Virus record (IMG/VR): IMGVR_UViG_3300009507_000010
DNA: 64,000 nucleotides
Source: an uncultured virus (IMG/VR IMGVR_UViG_3300009507_000010)
Taxonomy: Duplodnaviria; Heunggongvirae; Uroviricota; Caudoviricetes
Strand: one strand, 5' to 3'
Program-made: the position numbers and the translations under genes
Notes under the pieces: generated by a model
Told to the model about the DNA's origin: nothing
The model's input: only the letters and a program-made list of their open reading frames with translations
The model's database searches: none
Part shown: positions 56,547-64,000 of the stretch, piece after piece
Layout of the letters: each line of letters begins with the position of its first letter
Numbering within the stretch: position 1 is the stretch's first letter

Positions 56547-59500
56547 ATGAAGTTTTTAAAACGTAATACACTTGCTTCTAAAAATGTAAAAGACGAAGCA
56601 TTAAAGATTAATAGATATGGTGAAGTAACTTCAGACAGTAAAATGTCTATTGGTAAATCTTCGCGTCCAATTGTAGAATTAGATGTCAACGGAAGTGCAA
56701 ATGTATCTGATACACTTAACGCTAACGTATTGCAAGCAACTGTATTAGAACCACAGTTCTCAAATGGCGACTTATCTATACGTGCAAGTGGTACTGGTAA
56801 TGTTGTTATTAACAACTTGCTTACCGTTGGCGAAACTGCAACTACTTTTACAGGCGAAGTTGTTAACATCAACAACTTGAGACTAGATGGCGACGGCGGT
56901 CGCACAGGTATATCAGCAATTGATTCAAATACCGGACTTTATTTAGATAGTGCCGGTACAGAAGGAATTTATGCTAACGGTGTAGACATTACTAAAACAG
57001 AAGGTAATGTAATTTGGGTTACTGCAAATGGTAGTGACGGCAATACAGGCGAAAGTATGCAAGACGCACTTGCAACTGTTAGACAAGCTCTTATTATTGC
57101 ACGTAACGGAGATACTGTTAAAATCGGAACAGGGACATTTGAAGAAATCTTTCCATTAACTGTATATCCCGGCGTGTCTATTAACGGACAAGGAATACGC
57201 TCTACACAAATTAAACCAACTGCTGCGACACGTGATCAAAACTGTTTCCAGTTTAGAGGCGGCGCATCAGTTAAAGACTTGACTGTTCGAGAAATGGAAT
57301 ATAATAGCATAGCTGATAGAGGTTATGCTTTCTGTTACGATGAGTCAACAACAGCAACATTTACTCGTGGTCCTTACATTATGAACGTAACTGTTCTTAA
57401 CTTCGGATCAACAGTACGTTTAGGCATTAACTCACCGGATGATCCATACGGATATAGTGCAGGTGATGCAGGCCGTGGTATTAAAGCTGACGGCAGATAC
57501 GTTAATAGAAATTCTATAGAACCAAGTTTCCTTGTAAACGAAGCTACATTCTTTTGCCCAGGACAAACTGCTATTGTACTGACAAACGGTACACGTATGG
57601 AGTATTTAAACTCATTTGTTTACCTAGCAGACAAAGCAATACATGCAACTACAGGAACACAAGGCTGGGGCGGCACTGGGCAAACTTATGTCATTGTTAA
57701 CAATGTCACCGGCGGAAACTTTATTCCGGGCGAAACAGTACGTTACACTTCAACAGATGGTTCAACAGTAGCACAGTTCCAAATATCAAGCTGGGACGTA
57801 TCAACTCAAACATTGTCAATTACAGGACTATATACTGGACTCGACGGAGTTGACTTTACACCGCAATATGGTCAAGGTGGTTCAATTATTGGTACAGTTT
57901 CTGGTGTACAAGCAGAAAATATTGTAGAAGTTACAAAGTTTGAGTTTGGCGCAGAACTAAGAGCAATTGGCTCCGCAATGGTATACGGTAACACAGGTGT
58001 TGTTGCTGATGGACCAGGTGTAAGTTTGCGCTTAATTGGACACAACTTTGCATACATTGGCGCAGGCAAACTAACATCTAACCGTGCTTCGGATGCAATA
58101 CAAGCAAACGAAGTTGTTGAAACTAACGGTGCTAAAGTTCGCTATACATCAACTGACCATTTAGGCGACTTCCGTGTAGGCGATCTGTTTTATGTATCAC
58201 AAGAAACAGGGGAAGTGCAAATTGACGGCAGTGGGCTTAATTTTGGTGCGCTAGCAGGTGGATTAGTATTTGATGACGGCGCAGGAAACAAGAGTAGTAT
58301 TACTGCTACTGAACTAACAACTGGATTTTTAACTTTCACAAGCAACGCTATTGGATCAACTGATATACTAGAAATTGATTCGTTAGATGCAATGACATTG
58401 TATGCTGCTGAAGGTGACATATCAATCAATGCAGCTGACGGAACACAGCAACTAGAAATCACTGGTGGGCCAATTATTTTACGAGGAGAAATCCAACTTG
58501 GTACTGATCCGCTATTACAAGGTGATGACTTTCCTCATGTAACTAAATTTAAATCGTTTGTTGAAAGCAACATACAGCCAGCTCCTGAATTTACAGGGAT
58601 ATGGGACTTAGGACAACCTGACGCAGTCTGGGCAACACTGTATGCAAGTGCAGTGCAAGTAGATGACATACGTTTAGAAGATAATAAAATCTCAGTTAAT
58701 AATACTAACTCTGATTTAGAAATTATACCAAGCGGTGCAGGTAGTGTTCTCATTGGAGGTACAACTTATCTTAAAGTACCAGTAGGTAATACACCCGAAC
58801 GTGGTCCAAATGCACAAGCAGGTGCTATCCGATTCAACACACAAATTCAGCAGTTTGAAGGTTATCAGGGAACAGCATGGAGCTCACTAGGCGGCATTAA
58901 AGACATTGACGGTAATACATATATTACTCCAGAAGTATCTCCAGGGTCTAACGATGATAGGTTTGATATATACGCTGGCGGAACATTAATCGGACAGTGG
59001 GATTTTGATGATCTTACAGTAAATTCTACTAGATTTAATAACAACAACTTTACGTTTGAAAATAATGTCATGAAAATGACAGACATTGATACTAACTATC
59101 GTTTTGAAATAACTCCAGGTGGAACTGGTGAATTCTTCTTTAACAAAACAGTTCATATTGAAGGCGACATTGTATTGCCAGGCGGCACTATTAGTGCGCC
59201 TAATGCAACGCTATCTATTACAAGTTTAGCAGCACAAAATTTTGCAAGTGATATTATTCCTGACGTTAATATGGCGTATGACATTGGTCATACAACTTCG
59301 ATGTTTAGTGCAGCGTACATTGCAGAAGTTAACACATCAGATTTTAGATTATTTCAAAATAGAATTAGCACTATAAACACAAATGCTGATTTTGAAATTC
59401 AAGCAGCTGGCAGCGGTCAAGTTAGAATCATCGGCGATTCGGCATTAGTAATACCAGTTGGCGGCAATTCTGTAAGACCTGCAGGAGAACTTGGACAAGT

Positions 59501-61049
59501 ACGCTTTAATACTGATACTAATCAGTATGAAGGATACAACGGTATTGCATGGAGTTCATTAGGCGGCGTTCGTGATGTAGACGGCGACACTTACATAATT
59601 CCAGAAACAAGTCCAGGATCTAACGAAGACACATTGTTCTTCTATGGCGGCGGCATTGAGTTACTAAGACTTAACAATCAAGGCTTCCAAGGCGGAATAT
59701 TAATTGATGGCAATTTAAGCATTGAAGGCAATGCAATTAAAACACTACAGTCAAACTCCGATATTGACATTATGCCAAACGGCACAGGCGAAGTTAATCT
59801 TGATGCAAATACAAACGTTACTGGTGTTTTAAATGCAAGCAATTGGGTAACTACTCCTAGAGCATTTATTACAGGCGAACTAATAAACAGAATTGCATAC
59901 ATTGACTTTCAAAATGAAATACAAACTAGTGACAACTTGCAGTTTGATGACACTGAATTAACAGTAAATGTTCCTACAAATATTAACGGAAACACTACTA
60001 TTGATGGCATACTAAACATCACAGCAAATATTAACACCCCTGAAGTATTTTCGGATTTCTTAACTGTTGCTGAAGATGCATACTTCCTAAAGAATGTTTA
60101 CTTTGACGAAGTTGGAGTGTTTGGTACACGAATAGCTACACTTAATACAAATGCTCCGTTGCAACTTGATGCAGCAGGCAACGGTAGAATTGTTTCAATG
60201 AAAAACATGACCGTTGAAGGTGAGTTGTTTATTGAAGGTGACTTATACGGTAGTTTAACTACTCAGAATGTCTTTAACACAACAGCTACTACTATAAATG
60301 CATTCGGTCAAGCAACAAACATTAGTTTTGGTAATGCAGCAGGTACAACTAGATTTAATTCTAACACCGGATCGTTAGCATATAATAGCGGCGCTGTTGT
60401 TATTGGCGGCGGATTGGGAGTCGGAGAAAATATTAATGTACTCGGAGACCTAGCTGTACAAGGCGGTGAAATCCGTACTGCACAAGAAAACTTTGATCTT
60501 CTTAGAGATAACATACAGTTCTTAAGAGCATTTAACAGTGCAATTAGTATTGAATTTGGCGCAACAACTGGACAAACTTCCTTTGAGTCAACAGACTCTA
60601 GCACTAGTGTACTAACAGGTGGTGCAATATTTAAAGGCGGCATCGGTGTTGCTGAGAACGTTTATGTCGGCGGCATTATTAATGCTACCAATACAGTAGA
60701 TTCTACAAGTGCAGCAACTGGTGCAATAGTAACTGAAGGCGGAGTCGGTATTGGCAAAGCACTTTATGTTGCAGGCCTTACAAGACTTGAAGATCCAACT
60801 AGTTCTACATCTAGTACAACAGGAGCGTTATTAGTAACCGGCGGTGTTGGCATTGCTGAGAATATAAACGTTGCTGGCATTATGCAAATCGAATCAACTA
60901 CTGAGTCGGGAAGTACTACTTCCGGAGCATTAGTAGTAGAGGGCGGAGTTGGCGTTGGTAGAGATATCTACGTTGGACAAGATTTAGAAGGCGCTGGAAT
61001 TGATTTAAGTTACATTAATAACTTCACAATTGATGGCGGCACATTCTAA
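56547..61049 (+). CDS. Large fibre/spike protein with pectin-lyase-like beta-helix region and repeats
   Basis: 1500 aa; VIWVTANGSDGNTG...ALATVRQAL...GDTVKIGTGTFEE motif; duplicated G..RFNT...(F/Y)EGY.G.AWSSLGG module; STS..TGA.V..GGVG repeats; C-terminal IDGGTF. Confidence 0.7.
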   Translation: MKFLKRNTLASKNVKDEALKINRYGEVTSDSKMSIGKSSRPIVELDVNGSANVSDTLNANVLQATVLEPQFSNGDLSIRASGTGNVVINNLLTVGETATTFTGEVVNINNLRLDGDGGRTGISAIDSNTGLYLDSAGTEGIYANGVDITKTEGNVIWVTANGSDGNTGESMQDALATVRQALIIARNGDTVKIGTGTFEEIFPLTVYPGVSINGQGIRSTQIKPTAATRDQNCFQFRGGASVKDLTVREMEYNSIADRGYAFCYDESTTATFTRGPYIMNVTVLNFGSTVRLGINSPDDPYGYSAGDAGRGIKADGRYVNRNSIEPSFLVNEATFFCPGQTAIVLTNGTRMEYLNSFVYLADKAIHATTGTQGWGGTGQTYVIVNNVTGGNFIPGETVRYTSTDGSTVAQFQISSWDVSTQTLSITGLYTGLDGVDFTPQYGQGGSIIGTVSGVQAENIVEVTKFEFGAELRAIGSAMVYGNTGVVADGPGVSLRLIGHNFAYIGAGKLTSNRASDAIQANEVVETNGAKVRYTSTDHLGDFRVGDLFYVSQETGEVQIDGSGLNFGALAGGLVFDDGAGNKSSITATELTTGFLTFTSNAIGSTDILEIDSLDAMTLYAAEGDISINAADGTQQLEITGGPIILRGEIQLGTDPLLQGDDFPHVTKFKSFVESNIQPAPEFTGIWDLGQPDAVWATLYASAVQVDDIRLEDNKISVNNTNSDLEIIPSGAGSVLIGGTTYLKVPVGNTPERGPNAQAGAIRFNTQIQQFEGYQGTAWSSLGGIKDIDGNTYITPEVSPGSNDDRFDIYAGGTLIGQWDFDDLTVNSTRFNNNNFTFENNVMKMTDIDTNYRFEITPGGTGEFFFNKTVHIEGDIVLPGGTISAPNATLSITSLAAQNFASDIIPDVNMAYDIGHTTSMFSAAYIAEVNTSDFRLFQNRISTINTNADFEIQAAGSGQVRIIGDSALVIPVGGNSVRPAGELGQVRFNTDTNQYEGYNGIAWSSLGGVRDVDGDTYIIPETSPGSNEDTLFFYGGGIELLRLNNQGFQGGILIDGNLSIEGNAIKTLQSNSDIDIMPNGTGEVNLDANTNVTGVLNASNWVTTPRAFITGELINRIAYIDFQNEIQTSDNLQFDDTELTVNVPTNINGNTTIDGILNITANINTPEVFSDFLTVAEDAYFLKNVYFDEVGVFGTRIATLNTNAPLQLDAAGNGRIVSMKNMTVEGELFIEGDLYGSLTTQNVFNTTATTINAFGQATNISFGNAAGTTRFNSNTGSLAYNSGAVVIGGGLGVGENINVLGDLAVQGGEIRTAQENFDLLRDNIQFLRAFNSAISIEFGATTGQTSFESTDSSTSVLTGGAIFKGGIGVAENVYVGGIINATNTVDSTSAATGAIVTEGGVGIGKALYVAGLTRLEDPTSSTSSTTGALLVTGGVGIAENINVAGIMQIESTTESGSTTSGALVVEGGVGVGRDIYVGQDLEGAGIDLSYINNFTIDGGTF

Positions 61050-61117
61050 AAAATCCGTATCCTTCTCAAAGAAATAAATACATATACAAGAATATCGTAA
61101 CTGGGAAGTAACCAATA

Positions 61118-64000
61118 ATGGCAAATAAAATATTACACAAACGAAATAATGTTAGCGGACAAGAGCCTCTTGCAGAGCAATTAGACCTAGGCGAAATTGC
61201 TATTAACACTGCTGATGGTAAAATGTTTATTAAACAGTCCGACGGCAGTATTAAAGATGTAACACAACAAATTGAAAAAGGTGACACACGAGTTGTAGTA
61301 AACGACCAAGGAAATGGCGTTGTTACAATGGAAGTCGACGGCATTGAAAAATTACGTGTAGACGGTACAAAGGTTTATGTATCCGATGATTTAGAAATTG
61401 ATGATCAAGGATCGATTAAATTAAAAGAACTTGGACAATTTGGTAGTAGTTCAGTTAATATTAAAGCACCGCCAGAATTGGAAGAGTCTTATGATATTAT
61501 ACTTCCAGATACCGATGCTCGCAAAGGACAAATTTTACAGAATCTAGGCTTTGGCCAAACTAAATGGAGTGACCCAGGCTCCTTAGGTGGTAACAGAGTC
61601 TACGTAAGTGCAGAGTACGGTGACGATACAAATGACGGACGCACAGGCGCCGTTAAAACAATTAAACGTGCTGCACAAATTGCATCCGACGGTATTTTTA
61701 CACCAGTTGTTGATCCAGGTGAAAGTGCATATGCAGCTAAAGACTTATTAGAAGTAAACAGAACTTTCTTGCAAACAGAAGTTCTAAACTTTAGTACTAA
61801 AGCATTTAACATTACTTATGATCAAGCTAAGTGTGAACGAGATGTTGGCTTAATTATTGATGCAATTGAAAATGACTTGCGCTTTGGCGGCGATGCAGCT
61901 ACCTCACACGCAGGTGCAGCATATTCATTAGAAAGTTCTGCACTAGTTAAACAAGCTCAAGATGTTGCTACATCATACGGTTTACAACGTGCTAGAGATC
62001 TTGCTAAATCAGTTGTTACTAACACGCCTATTATTGATACAACACAAGTAGCAGTAGCGCAGCAATTTGACGGTACAAAAACTGCAACAGCAAGCGAAGC
62101 AGCAACAGTTGAATCACTAGGACAAAAAGTTGTCGACTTTTACGACAACGGCGTTGGCGAAGCTCCTAACGAAACTCAAACACAAGATGTTGGTCTACTA
62201 AATGCTGAAACATTAATTGACAACAACAAAACCTTTATTCAAAACGAAGTTATTGCTTTCTTAAATAATAAGTACAGCGGATTTAGTTTTGATGCAGCTA
62301 AATGTTCTCGAGATACTGGGTATATTGTTGACGCTGCAAATTTTGACTTACTATACAGTGGTAATGCAGAATCTCATTATGCAGGTATAACTTACTTAAA
62401 TGCAACAGCATCTTTAGTACGTTCGGATCAAAAACAAGAAACACTTGCAGGCATTGACTATGCTAGATCTCTAGCAGAAAAAGTTGTATTAGGCCAGCAA
62501 GTTGATTACTTGTATCAAACAACAGTGGCACAAAACACTGAATTAACTCCTGGTACGCAAACTGAAGCAACAACAGTCTTTAATAACATTAGCAAAGTTT
62601 ATTCAATCCTAAACAACGGTATTGGTACTGCTAACGGAGTAGTAACGACTGATGCAGGCAAGTTAAATTCAGAAACACTTATTGATCAAAACCAAGACTT
62701 TATTAAAGAAGAAGTTATTGGATACTTAACTACAACTTATCCAGGCTTTTCATACGATCAGAACAAGTGTCGTAGAGATGTAGGATATATTTTAGATGCT
62801 ATTAGTTACGACTTAACACATGGCGGTAACAATGAAAGTATTCAAGCAGCACTAGCGTATTACCAGTGGACTGCAAAAGATGCAGTTAACTTGCAATTGG
62901 CAGAAACAAGAGCAGGAATTACATATGCAATTGATCTTGCTAAACTTGTTATTGTTAACCAAGATCCTGCTACTAGTTATCAAGGTATATTTGCACAGTT
63001 TAAAGACGCAGGCAATCCAGGCGATGCAACTTCACAAACTATACTTACTGGATTAGGCAGCTTAATTGACGATATCATCACAGATGGCGATAGTACTACT
63101 ATTGGCCTAGACATTGATCCTAATAACTCTGTACCAAGTGCAGTTCAAGATACAGTAAATGCTAATGCAATTCTTGCAGCAAACAAAGAATTTATTCAAG
63201 CTGAAGTTGTAGCGTTTATTGAAGAAAACTTTGGCAACTTTAATTACGATCCAGTTGCATGTGAAAGAGATGTTGGCTTAATTGTTGATGCAGTTAAGTT
63301 TGATATTGAACACGGTGGCGATGCTGAAAGTATTTTTGCAGGGATAAGTTATTACAACAATGTAACAACTGGCACTGGGGAAATCACAGGCGATGCTATT
63401 GAAGTTCTAAGAAAGCAACTACAGCCTACATTAGACGCTGTAGAATATGCTAGAGATTTGCTTGCAAACGTTGTATTACAAAATGCAGTATCAAATCTTT
63501 ACCAAAGTGGAACAACGCAAACATTCGACGGCACAAATCCAAGCACAACAAGTGTAGCACAAACAGTTTTTAATCGTGCTAATACTATATTAACTATTCT
63601 TAAGAATGGGTTAGGTACAACTAACAGCTTTACAAAAACTACCGGAATTGGTGCGTTAAACACTGAAGCATTGTTGCAAGCAAACACTGCATTTTTGCAA
63701 GAAGAAGTACTTGGGTATATTAATAATCAATATCCTGGACTAACATATGACCAAGCTTCATGTCGCAGAGACGTTGAATTAATTGTTGATGCTATTGCGT
63801 ATGACTTAACACACGGCGGTAATACAAATAGTATTGCAGCAGGTACAGCATACTATAGACAAGCAGCAGCACTTGTAGTCACTGGACAAAGTACAGAAAC
63901 TTTAGCAGGCCTAGTGCATCTAAAAGAACTTGCACAAAAAGTTGTTCGTAACGTAACAGTTGACGTTACATATAGTGCAACACCTCAAGTATTTGACGGT
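61118..64000 (+). CDS. Very large virion protein, partial (runs off window end), with tandem ~160-aa C-x-R-D repeats
   Basis: Manually read from ATG 61118 (MANKILHKRNNVSGQEPLAEQLDLGEIAINTADGKMFIK), TAAATA at 61075; RVYVSAEYGDDTNDG motif; five in-frame C-x-R-D repeats; absent from the ORF track, consistent with no stop in the window. Confidence 0.85.
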   Translation, partial: MANKILHKRNNVSGQEPLAEQLDLGEIAINTADGKMFIKQSDGSIKDVTQQIEKGDTRVVVNDQGNGVVTMEVDGIEKLRVDGTKVYVSDDLEIDDQGSIKLKELGQFGSSSVNIKAPPELEESYDIILPDTDARKGQILQNLGFGQTKWSDPGSLGGNRVYVSAEYGDDTNDGRTGAVKTIKRAAQIASDGIFTPVVDPGESAYAAKDLLEVNRTFLQTEVLNFSTKAFNITYDQAKCERDVGLIIDAIENDLRFGGDAATSHAGAAYSLESSALVKQAQDVATSYGLQRARDLAKSVVTNTPIIDTTQVAVAQQFDGTKTATASEAATVESLGQKVVDFYDNGVGEAPNETQTQDVGLLNAETLIDNNKTFIQNEVIAFLNNKYSGFSFDAAKCSRDTGYIVDAANFDLLYSGNAESHYAGITYLNATASLVRSDQKQETLAGIDYARSLAEKVVLGQQVDYLYQTTVAQNTELTPGTQTEATTVFNNISKVYSILNNGIGTANGVVTTDAGKLNSETLIDQNQDFIKEEVIGYLTTTYPGFSYDQNKCRRDVGYILDAISYDLTHGGNNESIQAALAYYQWTAKDAVNLQLAETRAGITYAIDLAKLVIVNQDPATSYQGIFAQFKDAGNPGDATSQTILTGLGSLIDDIITDGDSTTIGLDIDPNNSVPSAVQDTVNANAILAANKEFIQAEVVAFIEENFGNFNYDPVACERDVGLIVDAVKFDIEHGGDAESIFAGISYYNNVTTGTGEITGDAIEVLRKQLQPTLDAVEYARDLLANVVLQNAVSNLYQSGTTQTFDGTNPSTTSVAQTVFNRANTILTILKNGLGTTNSFTKTTGIGALNTEALLQANTAFLQEEVLGYINNQYPGLTYDQASCRRDVELIVDAIAYDLTHGGNTNSIAAGTAYYRQAAALVVTGQSTETLAGLVHLKELAQKVVRNVTVDVTYSATPQVFDG

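Noticed and set aside
1..64000. CRISPR array, tRNA genes, diversity-generating retroelement, alternative genetic code
   Set aside because: No spaced nucleotide direct repeats, cloverleafs or reverse transcriptase seen; repeats are protein-level and degenerate; genes are intact in the standard code with TAA, TAG and TGA all used as stops

Overview
This window is a gene-dense, AT-rich segment of a large T4-like (myovirus-type) phage genome in the standard genetic code, almost entirely virion morphogenesis. The minus-strand arm (1-38725) holds two glycosyltransferase-like paralogues, three paralogous tail fibres, a 4637-aa baseplate protein and gp6/gp25/PAAR/gp5/hub/gp53/gp48-like baseplate genes. 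The plus-strand arm holds the gp55-like late sigma factor, gp47/gp46 recombination nuclease, a short GIY-YIG nuclease, tape measure, portal, prohead protease, scaffold, major capsid protein and large fibre proteins. Five things missing from the ORF track stand out. (1) A ~390-nt richly base-paired non-coding region lies directly after the truncated GIY-YIG gene, a candidate large structured RNA or RNP system. (2) A stand-alone 23-aa pqqA gene (PQQ precursor peptide) with its own late-promoter motif and terminator sits right after the capsid gene. (3) A virion-type protein running off the window end is built of ~160-aa repeats carrying the phycobiliprotein C-x-R-D chromophore-site motif. (4) A T-TTT-TTC slippery site would fuse a gp26-like ORF to a start-less gp51-like ORF by -1 frameshifting. 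(5) A compact structured leader precedes the gene after pqqA. All functional calls come from motif recognition and gene order by eye; no searches were run.
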